Notes under the pieces: generated by a model
Databases searched by the model: none
Told to the model about the DNA's origin: nothing
The model's input: the letters and a program-made list of their open reading frames with translations, nothing else
Part shown: piece by piece, positions 9,319 to 18,536 of the stretch
Layout of the letters: every line of letters starts with the position of its first letter
Numbering within the stretch: position 1 is the first letter of the stretch
Program-made: the position numbers and the translations under genes
NCBI GenBank assembly: GCA_964350985.1
Contig: CAYGLK010000001.1
Span: forward strand, 52,272 to 89,017
Source of the DNA: an uncultured Candidatus Saccharibacteria bacterium
GTDB lineage: Bacteria > Patescibacteriota > Minisyncoccia > Phycocordibacterales > UBA918
Length of the DNA stretch: 36,746 nucleotides
Direction of reading: 5' to 3'

Positions 9319-10323
9319 CTAGTCAATCTTCTTGGCTTCGTATTCAGCTGGTCTATTCTTCAAAGTTTCCATCAATGCTTCGTGTGTCAAAAGTCCTTTT
9401 TGAGCACCAACATGTTGTACTACTGACATTGAGTTTACTGGTCCCCAAGTGAGGGCTTCAGCTGGACTCTTGCCTAGAGCAATCGCAGCAGTGAAAGTAG
9501 AAGCAAAAGCATCTCCAGCACCAGTACGGTCTACAGGATCGCTTGGGTCTGGGTACATTGGCATATGCCAAGCTTGATCGTCCTCATCTACTACGTAAGC
9601 TCCATTTGGACCGTCTGTGATAACTGGTAATTTCGGTCCTAGTTCCTTAAATTGTCGAAGCAAGGTAGGAATATGCTGTTCTTCAGTCTTTAGGATTTCC
9701 TGAGCTTCTTCTTTATTACAGAAGAAGATTTCAGTTACTTGATAGAGTTCTTTGAGGGCTTCGTAACCAAGTTTGATTTGGAATGTTCCTGGTTGGAAAA
9801 CTAACTTAGTATCGTTTTCTTTAACATACTTAGCAATCTCAAAGTGGAAAGGTAAACCATGTTCACCAATAGACGAGAAGTATAAGTAACGTGGAGCTTC
9901 AGCAAAATCTGGAAGTGAATAAGGGAATTTTTCGTGTTTGATCAAAATAGTTCTTTCTGGTCCGTATCGTAAAACATAGTGGTAATTGGTCTCTTTACCT
10001 TCATGTAATTTTACAAAGTCAGTATGAACCCCTTCTTGTCTTAATGTTTCAAGACAGTCTTTTCCGTTTCTGTCTTGACCTAAGTTTGTCACTAAGCCAG
10101 TTTGTAGACCAAGGCGGTGGGCTGATACGGCAGCGTTTGGTGAGTTACCAACGGCGTTGATTACTTCTACTTTATCGTAAGGGAGTTTACTACCAAATGG
10201 CATATGGAGAGTGTATCTACCAGTATCCATATCTTGGCTTACGTCAGCAGCGTCTTTGTTAAGTTGAATAAAGGCATCGATCACTATGTCACCAATGGCG
10301 ACAAAATCATATTTTTCTGACAT
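9319..10323 (-). CDS. PfkB/ribokinase-family carbohydrate kinase
   Basis: GNSPNAAV, NKEEA, ITDGPNG, DRTGAGDAF signature. Confidence 0.93.
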   Translation of the reverse strand: MSEKYDFVAIGDIVIDAFIQLNKDAADVSQDMDTGRYTLHMPFGSKLPYDKVEVINAVGNSPNAAVSAHRLGLQTGLVTNLGQDRNGKDCLETLRQEGVHTDFVKLHEGKETNYHYVLRYGPERTILIKHEKFPYSLPDFAEAPRYLYFSSIGEHGLPFHFEIAKYVKENDTKLVFQPGTFQIKLGYEALKELYQVTEIFFCNKEEAQEILKTEEQHIPTLLRQFKELGPKLPVITDGPNGAYVVDEDDQAWHMPMYPDPSDPVDRTGAGDAFASTFTAAIALGKSPAEALTWGPVNSMSVVQHVGAQKGLLTHEALMETLKNRPAEYEAKKID

Positions 10324-10415
10324 ATAGATGATTGTAACATCCGTCCGGGGAGGGTTTTCGTGTTCGTGTGGAGACTAGTGCGTTGTTTCAGCTTCTGTGA
10401 TATGTTATGACGCAT

Positions 10416-11045
10416 ATGACAGTAAAATTAGCAATTCAACCACGGACAACAGTACCTGAAAATGCAGCGGAATTTATTTCAGCTGTGGTCTATGGTCCAA
10501 AGTTTCCATCAACACCTATCTTTGTAAATAAGAAGGCTTTTGATAAAACTTTCAAAGAAGCAGGGGAGTCAGTTATTATTGAACTAGAAGGATTGGATAA
10601 ACCAGTTGATGTTTTGATCAAGGAGGTTGCTTTCTCACCAGTGAAGGGTGGTATTAATCATGTTGATTTTTACGCTCTAGATAAGGACAACGAGATCACT
10701 ACAGATATTCAACTACACTTTGTTAATGAAGCACCAGCTGCCAAGCTTGGAGCTGTAGTCAACAAGGTGCTCCATGAAGTAACTGTTACTTGTAAGCCAG
10801 CAGATTTGCCAGCTCACTTGGACGTTGACCTAGGTCTTTTGAAGGATGTTGAGTCAAAGATTCATGTTTCGGACATTGTTTGTCCAAAGGGTGTAAAGAT
10901 TGAACAAGATGCTGATGACATGGTAGCTCTATCAGAAGTCATTGCTGACGAAGTTGAATCAGAAGAACCAGTGATTGCAGCAGCTGATGTGCCTGTAGAG
11001 AAGAAGGGCAAGGCAGAAGAAGAAGAATCAGAAGCCGCAGAGTAA
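10416..11045 (+). CDS. rplY: 50S ribosomal protein L25 (long CTC type)
   Basis: AVVYG, HVDFY, C.PADLP, IHVSDI, acidic tail. Start 10416 or 10407. Confidence 0.93.
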   Translation: MTVKLAIQPRTTVPENAAEFISAVVYGPKFPSTPIFVNKKAFDKTFKEAGESVIIELEGLDKPVDVLIKEVAFSPVKGGINHVDFYALDKDNEITTDIQLHFVNEAPAAKLGAVVNKVLHEVTVTCKPADLPAHLDVDLGLLKDVESKIHVSDIVCPKGVKIEQDADDMVALSEVIADEVESEEPVIAAADVPVEKKGKAEEEESEAAE

Positions 11046-11059
11046 TCTCCTTTTGAGTA

Positions 11060-11105
11060 GAAATAATTAAAACCGACCCCTGTGGGGGTCGGTTTTAATT
11101 ATTTC
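11060..11105 (+). terminator. Intrinsic terminator
   Basis: gaaataattaaaaccgacccc-tgtg-ggggtcggttttaattatttc. Confidence 0.9.
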
Positions 11106-11131
11106 CAAGAAGTTTGGTATACTAATGCTAC

Positions 11132-12499
11132 ATGTACAGACATCTCTCATTAGTAGTATTACTATTGGCGATTATTTCGCTAGTGCCATTTTCTGTTGAT
11201 GCAGAAACGGAAGGTGAAAGACGTTCAAGACTAGAAGCGGAGCTGCAAGTAGTCGAGAGACAGATCTTGACTCAGAGTCGTTTGGTTGAAGATAAGCAGC
11301 TTGAACGGCAATCACTTGAGCGGGATATCTCTATTATTGAAGGTCAGGTTAATCAGGCTAAGCTAGGGATCCAAGCGCGTTCATTGGCGATTACTCAGAT
11401 ATCAGATCAGATTGGTGAGAAAGAAGTAGTGCTTTCAATCCTTGAAGAAAAACTAAAAAAACAAAGAGAGTCTTTGGCTGACCTGGTGCGCAAATCTGCC
11501 TTAATCAATGATTACTCTTTGGTAGAGGTAATGTTGAGTAAACAAAACTTCTCGGAGTTTTTCAGTGACGTTGCTACTTTTAATTCACTTAAAGATTCAC
11601 TCAATGAATCTTTAGCTACTTTGCATACTATTAGAGAGGACACAGCTTTACAGAAAGATGACCTAGCGACTAAGCAAGAAAGAGAAGCAGAGATGAAAAG
11701 AATTCAAGAATTGCAAAAACAAGAGATTGAAAAAAAAGAAAGAGAGAAGGAAAAGATTTTAACAGTGACTAAAGGAGAGGAAAAAGAATATCAAAAGTTA
11801 CTTGAGTCACAACAAAGAACAGCTGCTCAGCTACGTAATGCACTCTTCGAACTCTTGGGAGGTGGAGGAGGGATTGCTTTCGGAGATGCGGTATCGCTAG
11901 CAAAATACGCTTCTTCACAAACTGGCGTTCAAGCAGAATTTATCTTGGCTATTTTGGAACAAGAAACAAATTTGGGTAGCAACCTCGGTAGCTGTACTTT
12001 TACTGACAGTCGAAGCGATCGACCAGTGATGCACCCAGATCGAGACGAACCAGTTTTCTTGGCGATTGCTAAAATATTAGGCTTTGATCCTTTGACGCGT
12101 ACTGTCTCGTGTCCGATCATTCAAAACGGTTCTCGAGTTGGTTGGGGAGGAGCAATGGGTCCATCACAATTTATTCCATCTACTTGGGCTATTTATGGCG
12201 GTATCGTTAATCGGGGTAATGGTTGGGAATACAGCCAGGCTGACGATGCAATCAGAAGAATCAATGGTGGTTCTACTCCAGCTAATCCATTCAATAACCG
12301 AGACGCTTTCCTAGCCACAGCTTTATTACTTAGAGACAATGGAGCCAATGGTACTTACGCTGGAGATCGCTTAGCGGCCCTACGTTACTATGCTGGTTGG
12401 GGAGGGGCAACTAACCCGGCCAACTCCTTCTATGGTGATCAGGTGATGAATCGTAAGACAAGACTAGCCAATGAAATCAAGATTTTGGGCGGCTCTTAG
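11132..12499 (+). CDS. Secreted coiled-coil (PcsB/CwlO-like) lytic murein transglycosylase
   Basis: Signal peptide, long coiled coil, AILEQET catalytic Glu, GGAMGPSQFIPSTW, NPFN..DA, ALRYYAG. Confidence 0.85.
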   Translation: MYRHLSLVVLLLAIISLVPFSVDAETEGERRSRLEAELQVVERQILTQSRLVEDKQLERQSLERDISIIEGQVNQAKLGIQARSLAITQISDQIGEKEVVLSILEEKLKKQRESLADLVRKSALINDYSLVEVMLSKQNFSEFFSDVATFNSLKDSLNESLATLHTIREDTALQKDDLATKQEREAEMKRIQELQKQEIEKKEREKEKILTVTKGEEKEYQKLLESQQRTAAQLRNALFELLGGGGGIAFGDAVSLAKYASSQTGVQAEFILAILEQETNLGSNLGSCTFTDSRSDRPVMHPDRDEPVFLAIAKILGFDPLTRTVSCPIIQNGSRVGWGGAMGPSQFIPSTWAIYGGIVNRGNGWEYSQADDAIRRINGGSTPANPFNNRDAFLATALLLRDNGANGTYAGDRLAALRYYAGWGGATNPANSFYGDQVMNRKTRLANEIKILGGS

Positions 12500-12546
12500 T
12501 TAACTAGTTGCTAAAATACAGAAATTTGATATAGTTCACACCACAT

Positions 12547-12819
12547 ATGAAAGCAGACATACACCCAGAAAATTATCGCCAAGTTATCTTTAAAGATAAC
12601 TCAAGCGGAGAACGTTTTATTATCGGTTCAACTGTTGAGACAGAAGCAACTGATACTTGGACTGACGGCAAAGAATATCCACTGGCAACAGTCGATGTTT
12701 CTAGTGCTTCACATCCTTTTTATACAGGACAAGACAAGGTGATGGACACAGCTGGACGAGTAGAGCGGTTCAAGGCTCGAGCGTCACAAGCTACAGCTCG
12801 ACGTAAGAAAGCAGCTTAA
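12547..12819 (+). CDS. rpmE2: 50S ribosomal protein L31 type B (Cys-less)
   Basis: [30 protein letters not shown]. Confidence 0.97.
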   Translation: MKADIHPENYRQVIFKDNSSGERFIIGSTVETEATDTWTDGKEYPLATVDVSSASHPFYTGQDKVMDTAGRVERFKARASQATARRKKAA

Positions 12820-12822
12820 CTT

Positions 12823-12859
12823 AAAAGACCGTCCAGGCAATGAGTCAGGGCGGTCTTTT
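12823..12859 (+). terminator. Probable intrinsic terminator
   Basis: aaaagaccgtcc...gggcggtctttt. Confidence 0.65.
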
Positions 12860-12875
12860 GCGTTATACTATATTT

Positions 12876-13850
12876 ATGGAATACGACTTAGACGAATTAC
12901 AAGAATATCGTGACAACCACAAGACGCAATTTACTGCGAGCCAGTTTGATGATGTCTGCAAAAAAATTGAAGCAGCAGAGAAATTGGCTGTTGATGAACC
13001 GGAAATGGCAGAGTTGGTTAAAGATGAAATTGAAGAACTAACCAAACAACGAGATCTTTTTTATGAAGAACTAAAGCGTATTGGTGAAGCCTCTAAGGTA
13101 GAAGACGAAAAACCTTATGGAGTAGTGCTTGAAGTTCGTGCTGGAGCTGGGGGAGACGAAGCCTCCTTGTTTGCTGAGGAGCTAGCTCAGATGTATTTAC
13201 AATATTCTACACTCAATGGTTGGCTATACTCAGTTGAGAGTGAGTCTAGAAGTTCTTCTGGAGGATACAAAGAAGCAGTTTTTGAAATATTAAATCCAAA
13301 GGTATACGAAGATCTCAGGTACGAAACTGGGGTCCATCGAGTACAAAGAATTCCTGTCACAGAAAAGTCAGGAAGAATCCATACTTCGACCGCTTCAGTC
13401 GCTATTTTACCTTTGCGTCGAAAACCAAAGTTCGAGGTCAGTCCAACGGATATCTTTATGGAGTTCTCTCGTTCTGGTGGAGCTGGTGGTCAAAACGTTA
13501 ATAAGGTTGAAACGGCGGTTCGTCTAGTGCACAAGCCAACTGGAATTGAAGTACGGAGCCAGAGTGAGCGTTCACAGCTTAAAAACCGGGAAAAGGCTAT
13601 GACATTACTTGTGGCTCGGATTGAAGCTCTTCATGAAGAAGAAGAGGCTAAAAGTCATGCTTCAGAGCGTAAAGATCAGATTGGAACCGGAGATCGGTCT
13701 GAAAAAATTCGAACATACAACTTCCCACAAAACCGCATCACTGACCACCGCCTAAAAGAGTCTTGGTACAACGTAGAGGGTATTATGGCCGGAAACCTGG
13801 ACCCAATTGTCGAATCCCTCAAAAAAGCCACTGCGGAAGTGGTTGCATAG
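12876..13850 (+). CDS. prfA: Peptide chain release factor 1
   Basis: [16 protein letters not shown] (PxT = RF1), [16 protein letters not shown]. Start moved to ATG 12876, downstream of the terminator. Confidence 0.95.
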   Translation: MEYDLDELQEYRDNHKTQFTASQFDDVCKKIEAAEKLAVDEPEMAELVKDEIEELTKQRDLFYEELKRIGEASKVEDEKPYGVVLEVRAGAGGDEASLFAEELAQMYLQYSTLNGWLYSVESESRSSSGGYKEAVFEILNPKVYEDLRYETGVHRVQRIPVTEKSGRIHTSTASVAILPLRRKPKFEVSPTDIFMEFSRSGGAGGQNVNKVETAVRLVHKPTGIEVRSQSERSQLKNREKAMTLLVARIEALHEEEEAKSHASERKDQIGTGDRSEKIRTYNFPQNRITDHRLKESWYNVEGIMAGNLDPIVESLKKATAEVVA

Positions 13851-13914
13851 GTTTTTTATCTATGATAAGCTCTCGAGGCTTAAGCGCAGTGCGCTTTTTT
13901 GCTTAGTATTATAT

Positions 13915-14691
13915 ATGTCAACACAAACAAACAACCCATCACTAATTGAGCGCCTTTTTGGCGCTGGAGCTCACTTTGGCTTCAAAAAGAGTCGACGTCA
14001 CCCAACAGCAGCACCGTTCCTATTTGGAACAAAAGAAGGAAATGATATTTTTAACCTAGAACAAACAGCTAAATCAATTGAAGACACTAAAGCTGTCTTG
14101 AAAGAAGCAGCTATGAATGGAAAGACTATTCTTTTCGTTGGTACAAAAAGCGAAGTTATCGATAATGTTAAAGCAGCAGCTCTAAAGGTAGAAATGCCTT
14201 ATGTTGTAAATCGATGGATTGGAGGAATGTTGACTAATCTTCCAGAAATCCGAAAGCGAATTAATCGTATGGAAACTTTGGTTCGAGAACAAGAATCAGG
14301 TGAACTAGAACGAAAATATACTAAGAAAGAAAGACTGCTTATCTCACGTGACTTAGTAAAGCTAAATCACAATTTCCAAGGTATTAGTAAGGTTACTAAA
14401 GCGCCAGACTTTATGGTGATTGTTGACCCGCGTCAAGAATCAATTGCTCTTAATGAAGCAATTCACCTAGGAATCCCTACTGTAGCTATTATGAGCTCTG
14501 ACTGTGATGCTTCAAGAATCACTCATCCGATTATGGTTAACGATGCGCTACAGGGAAGTGTTAAACTAGTTCTAGGTGAATTAGTAGAAGCTATATCTGA
14601 AGGAAAGGCTGCCTTTGTACCAAAGCCAGTAGCACCACGTCCAGTTACTGCTCGAACTGAGACTCGACCAAGTACAGCACCTAGAGCTTAA
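13915..14691 (+). CDS. rpsB: 30S ribosomal protein S2
   Basis: AGAHFG, LFVGTK, RWIGGMLTN. Start moved to ATG 13915. Confidence 0.96.
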   Translation: MSTQTNNPSLIERLFGAGAHFGFKKSRRHPTAAPFLFGTKEGNDIFNLEQTAKSIEDTKAVLKEAAMNGKTILFVGTKSEVIDNVKAAALKVEMPYVVNRWIGGMLTNLPEIRKRINRMETLVREQESGELERKYTKKERLLISRDLVKLNHNFQGISKVTKAPDFMVIVDPRQESIALNEAIHLGIPTVAIMSSDCDASRITHPIMVNDALQGSVKLVLGELVEAISEGKAAFVPKPVAPRPVTARTETRPSTAPRA

Positions 14692-14760
14692 CTTTAATTT
14701 AAAAGGAGGAGGGGGAAGTAAATTGTTCTGTTAATAACACATTAAGTAATATCATTAAAT

Positions 14761-15345
14761 ATGGAAATCACATCAGCTCAACTAAAAGAACTTCGTGATA
14801 AGACTGGTATTTCTGTAATGCAGTGTAAGCGGGCTCTTGAAGAAGCTCAAGGTGACATGGAGAAGGCTTTAATTATTTTAAAGAAACGAAGTAGCGAAGC
14901 TGCAGAAAAGAAATCAGACAGAGAGCTAGGCGCTGGCGCTGTTGGTTCTTATGTTCATAATACTAACGAAGTAGCGGCAATGGTAATGCTTTCATGTGAG
15001 ACTGACTTTGTTTCTAAAAATGAAGACTTTGTTATTTTGGCTAGAGAAATTGCTATGCAAGTAGCCGCAACAAACCCAACTTACGTATACAAAGAACAAG
15101 TTCCAGCTGAAGCCCTAAAGAAGGCTGAGGAAGTGTTTGTTAAAGAAGTGGCAGACAAGCCAGCTGATATGCAAGCAAAGATTATGGAAGGAAAGCTAGC
15201 TGCATACTTTAAAGAACAAATCTTAATGGAGCAGCCTTTCATTAAGAATCCTGAAACAACAATTGCAGGTAAGATTTCTAGTGCAGTACAGAAGTTTGGA
15301 GAAAACGTTTCTATTACACAAATCTCACGCCTTTCAGTAAAGTAG
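14761..15345 (+). CDS. tsf: Elongation factor Ts (short form)
   Basis: LKELRDKTG..VMQCKRAL, CETDFV, IAMQVAA; follows rpsB. Confidence 0.96.
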   Translation: MEITSAQLKELRDKTGISVMQCKRALEEAQGDMEKALIILKKRSSEAAEKKSDRELGAGAVGSYVHNTNEVAAMVMLSCETDFVSKNEDFVILAREIAMQVAATNPTYVYKEQVPAEALKKAEEVFVKEVADKPADMQAKIMEGKLAAYFKEQILMEQPFIKNPETTIAGKISSAVQKFGENVSITQISRLSVK

Positions 15346-15355
15346 GGTGAAGATT

Positions 15356-15793
15356 ATGTTTAGTACTGGAGAACTACTTATCTTAAGCCTAGTATTGTTT
15401 ATATTTCTAGCTTGGTTTTTTTCTTTTGAGAAAAAAAGAGATAAGCGGTTTTTTCAAACCTTGAGAGAATATCTAGATAATATTGTTAGCAAGACGGCGG
15501 TATATCTGGCTCTAAAATGGACCTATGTTGAACGTCATATTATCAAGCTGTCTTGGTATTATGGTGTTCATAAGGTGTTACGGTTAACTTTAGGGTTACT
15601 GGTTAAATCATACGATTACTTAGAGGAAGCCTTTACTAGTAACCGGGATCGAGCCAGGCAGTTAAAAATAGAGAAAAGGAACCTTAATAGGGATTCCGGG
15701 CATTTAGGACAGGTAGCAGACCATAAAGCATCAGTTTCTTTAAGTCCGCAGCAAAAGAAAAAGCTGCTGCAGAAGAAATTGGAGCGCGGATAA
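15356..15793 (+). CDS. Hypothetical membrane protein
   Basis: N-terminal TM and basic C-terminus; fills the gap after tsf. Start 15347 or 15356. Confidence 0.7.
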   Translation: MFSTGELLILSLVLFIFLAWFFSFEKKRDKRFFQTLREYLDNIVSKTAVYLALKWTYVERHIIKLSWYYGVHKVLRLTLGLLVKSYDYLEEAFTSNRDRARQLKIEKRNLNRDSGHLGQVADHKASVSLSPQQKKKLLQKKLERG

Positions 15794-15798
15794 GAGGG

Positions 15799-15826
15799 TT
15801 GCGATTTTTTTTAAAACCGGCATAAT
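15799..15826 (+). promoter_or_regulatory. Possible sigma70 promoter for the tRNA-Thr transcript
   Basis: TTGCGA-16 bp-CATAAT. Confidence 0.45.
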
Positions 15827-15855
15827 GGCAGTCGCAGGAGGGAATGAGAAGAAGT

Positions 15856-15933
15856 GCCATCTTAGCTCATTGGGATAGTTAAAATAGTCTGGGAGACTAT
15901 TTTAAAGTTTTGTAAATAAATGGTTTACAAAAC
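15856..15933 (+). repeat. Duplicated tRNA-Thr 5' end plus two hairpins, one made of anticodon-arm sequence
   Basis: gccatcttagctca at 15856-15869 equals tRNA 15977-15990; hairpins at 15879-15905 and 15907-15933. Confidence 0.8.
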
Positions 15934-15976
15934 ATTTCTTGAGATAAGCTATTGTAGTAGAGTAGAGGGAAGTATT

Positions 15977-16049
15977 GCCATCTTAGCTCAGTTGGTAGAG
16001 CAACGGTTTTGTAAACCGTAGGTCGTCAGTTCGAATCTGACAGGTGGCT
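15977..16049 (+). tRNA. tRNA-Thr(UGU)
   Basis: Cloverleaf: GCCATCT/AGGTGGC acceptor, TAGCTCAGTTGGTAGAGC D arm, ACGGT-TTTGTAA-ACCGT anticodon arm, GTCAG-TTCGAAT-CTGAC T arm. U discriminator, CCA not encoded. Confidence 0.97.
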
Positions 16050-16086
16050 CAAAGCGAGGGTCGCGTGGAGCGAGTGTGGCGAGCGG

Positions 16087-16146
16087 AGAACCACAGAAAA
16101 AGCCTAAAAGAAAACTAGTTTTCTTTTAGGCTTTTTCTGTGGTTCT
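16087..16146. repeat. Perfect 60-bp palindrome with no spacer
   Basis: agaaccacagaaaaagcctaaaagaaaact|agttttcttttaggctttttctgtggttct. Confidence 0.95.
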
Positions 16147-16244
16147 AGCCAAGGCAACTGCCTTGGCGAACCCATGACCGAGCGTGACCAACCTGTATGC
16201 TTGCCATACAGGTGGTCCTTCTAACATGCTATTATTCAAACAAT

Positions 16245-17111
16245 ATGAACCCAGAAAATACAAATCAAGAAATTGATCAAAAGAACTCAGTTTTTAAGGT
16301 GACTCCTTTATCTAAATATTTAGCGATGATTCTTTTTATTGCCATGCCGTTCATTGGCGGCTGGATTGGGTATCAGTATGCATCTGAGAAGGTGGTGGAG
16401 GTGGAGAGGATGGCGTCTGATAATTTAGAAGCTGAGACGGCTAGTGTTGAGGATATTCCAGAAATAGAAAAGGTTGATAATAACGACGGTATATATTCAC
16501 CAGATGGACAGATATTAGATGATAAAGATTTGTATGACCAAACAGGGTTACCATATGTGACTACTTTTAGTAGAAAATATCCTCTCTATGTATTGGGAGG
16601 TGCTGATAGTGATACGTTTACTATCTATAAATATAATGAATCAACTCAGACATATCAGTCTTTGATTGAGGATATTTTTAAATTTGTTGAAGAAGCAGAT
16701 ATTGAAACAGGTAAGGGAGGTATAGTGCTGTGGGGGTGGTCAAGTGATTTAAGGTATCTAGGTATTCGCTCATCTTTGTATGAAGGTATTGTCGCGAATT
16801 TTGTTTATTATATTGATACTCAGAATTTAGATAGAGGTCTTATTGCTGGACCAAGCCACTTTTTATCGACAGGTATTGATATACTGATAAGTCCAGATTA
16901 TTCTAAAATACTTGGAATAAAAAATCTCAATCAAATTGAGTTTGATACAAAAAAGAATCTGCTTATGTTTGATTTAAACACACAAACAGTCAAAAATATC
17001 TTCACTCTCTCAAGTGAAGGACTTACTTTTCAAAGGCCAGAATTTTATTTTGGTGGTGGCTATACAAATGCCCGATGGCTCAATGAAAATACTGTGGAGA
17101 TAAAAATTTAG
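16245..17111 (+). CDS. Hypothetical N-terminally anchored extracellular protein, AT-rich, possibly with a premature TAG
   Basis: KVTPLSKYLAMILFIAMPFIGGWIGY anchor and beta-rich (WSSD, ISPD) body. The frame continues 31 codons past TAG to 17207. Confidence 0.75.
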   Translation: MNPENTNQEIDQKNSVFKVTPLSKYLAMILFIAMPFIGGWIGYQYASEKVVEVERMASDNLEAETASVEDIPEIEKVDNNDGIYSPDGQILDDKDLYDQTGLPYVTTFSRKYPLYVLGGADSDTFTIYKYNESTQTYQSLIEDIFKFVEEADIETGKGGIVLWGWSSDLRYLGIRSSLYEGIVANFVYYIDTQNLDRGLIAGPSHFLSTGIDILISPDYSKILGIKNLNQIEFDTKKNLLMFDLNTQTVKNIFTLSSEGLTFQRPEFYFGGGYTNARWLNENTVEIKI

Positions 17112-17310
17112 ACAGTAGAAAATTATGAGATGTATTTAATGGATCCGAACGATGGTTATAAAAAGTTTGAAGAGGAATTAGAGACGGTTATTGTTAAGGT
17201 TGAGTAAATTTTAATTTTGTGCACTGGAATGCAAGAAGTCAGAACTGCTGTTATAGAAAGTGACTAAAATTTCTTGCCGAGTTTTGTAAAAAATGAAGAG
17301 GTCTTTGTAT

Positions 17311-17356
17311 AAAAGAAAAGCCGTCCTCCAAGTGGCTTTTCCAGTTGGTGGACGGC
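17311..17356 (-). terminator. Intrinsic terminator of the alpha-CTD-like gene
   Basis: gccgtcc-tccaa...ttggt-ggacggc stem with a U-rich tract on the minus strand. Confidence 0.7.
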
Positions 17357-17362
17357 AAGGCG

Positions 17363-17893
17363 TCATGTTTTGGCGAAATTGCGAAGCGGTTGCATGCCCA
17401 TCTGGCTCAGAACGCAATCGATGTACGAAAGCGTCTTGTTGCCGACGTGGCAGTATTGCTGACCAGCAATCTCTGAGCGGGTCAGAGAAACGAGTTCACC
17501 GATGCTTCTCACTTCGAGCGTAATGCATGCACGCGGAAGTTCTCTCCTTGCGAACGAGCCAAAACCATCGTAGTCGAACGTGTCGAGGATGTCGGCAATC
17601 CGTGCATTTTCGCCCATATCCATCAGGTCGGCGACCGTCATCCTGTCGTCTTTCGGTCGACGCAAATCGGCACGAAGCGCGGATTCTGTCATGTCCCACA
17701 CACGCTTCGGTTGGTCTTCGAACACGACCCAGAAAATCTCGTCTCCGTCACCATCTTGCGATGTGGCATCGTTGGCAAGAGCGTAGTCGATGACTTGCTC
17801 GGTGAAAATGAGATTGTAGGGTTTGTCAGTCTCTTCCAGAACAACAACCTTTTGCACAGGGCAGCCAGGTTGGGGTGGAAAATCAAGGTACAT
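17363..17893 (-). CDS. Hypothetical protein with C-terminal RNA polymerase alpha-CTD-like domain
   Basis: RELPRACITLEVRSIGELVSLTRSEI...VGNKTLSYIDCVLSQMGM resembles the alpha-CTD pattern (R..NCL...I.TIGDLV..TE.EL....N.G.KSL.EI...L...GL). AAGGAG SD before ATG 17893; own promoter and terminator. Confidence 0.7.
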   Translation of the reverse strand: MYLDFPPQPGCPVQKVVVLEETDKPYNLIFTEQVIDYALANDATSQDGDGDEIFWVVFEDQPKRVWDMTESALRADLRRPKDDRMTVADLMDMGENARIADILDTFDYDGFGSFARRELPRACITLEVRSIGELVSLTRSEIAGQQYCHVGNKTLSYIDCVLSQMGMQPLRNFAKT

Positions 17894-17925
17894 CTCAGTC
17901 TCCTTCGTTTTTGAGTGCAAACAAA

Positions 17926-17954
17926 AGAATACACTATAAATAGTGTATTGTCAA
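17926..17954 (-). promoter_or_regulatory. Sigma70 promoter with palindromic operator-like spacer
   Basis: TTGACA-17 bp-TATTCT; aatacactat-aa-atagtgtatt at 17928-17949. Confidence 0.75.
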
Positions 17955-17959
17955 GGTTT

Positions 17960-18535
17960 GTGCGCCGGGAGGGAATTTCTCGGCTTACTTGGACAAATGA
18001 GTATCTAAATTAAATTTTATTTTCATTTATGATACGAATGTAGTTCAAGAATGTTTACATACAGCCGCAGTACACCTTTTGGATTTTCTTTTCGTAAACT
18101 CAAGAAAATGCTCAAAAGCTTTTCGAATCCCTACGCACGTGACGTTTAGTCACGTGCTCCCGGCGCACATAAGAAAAAGTCGGGATTCGTCCTGACGGTC
18201 ACCAAACTCAATTATTTTGCTCCGCTCATAATTGAGCAGGTGCCGCGGGACACGGCTCGCTGGCCCTAAAAGGGGACTCCAGCTCCGCCGTTCGAATCCC
18301 TCCCGGCGCTAACAAATACAACAAAACCAAAGCATAAGCTTTGGTTTTGGTATTTGGTGCGCCGGGAGGGAATTTCTTTCTCTACGAGAACGGTACACCT
18401 TTCGTATCGTACTTCGCTAGCGCTCGTGCGATAAACTCAAGGTCTTCGAATCCCTCACGCAAGGCATGCAGATGCCTTGCTCCGGCGCACGAATAAAAAT
18501 AGCACTCCCGTAAAGGAGTGCTCATTTTTATATTC
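17960..18535 (-). repeat. Array of structured elements bounded by direct and inverted copies of the tRNA-Tyr 3' end
   Basis: Direct copies at 17960-17974 and 18357-18371; inverted copies at 18122-18168, 18290-18309 and 18445-18490; shared internal boxes. Confidence 0.88.
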
Positions 18536-18536
18536 G

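Noticed and set aside
13872-13914. Hairpin aagcgc-agt-gcgctt-tttt before rpsB as an S2 autoregulatory leader
   Set aside because: Too short to distinguish from a weak prfA terminator without comparative data.
12840-13914. Long N-terminal starts for prfA (12840) and rpsB (13807) in the ORF track
   Set aside because: The extensions overlap a terminator or the upstream gene and lack homology; downstream ATGs are preferred.
17211-17934. Several overlapping short ORFs on both strands
   Set aside because: By-products of the GC-rich region. Only the 17363..17893 frame has an SD, promoter, terminator and recognisable domain.
18122-18309. Additional plus-strand tRNA genes suggested by TTCGAATCCC
   Set aside because: No D arm or anticodon arm upstream; these are only 3'-end fragments.
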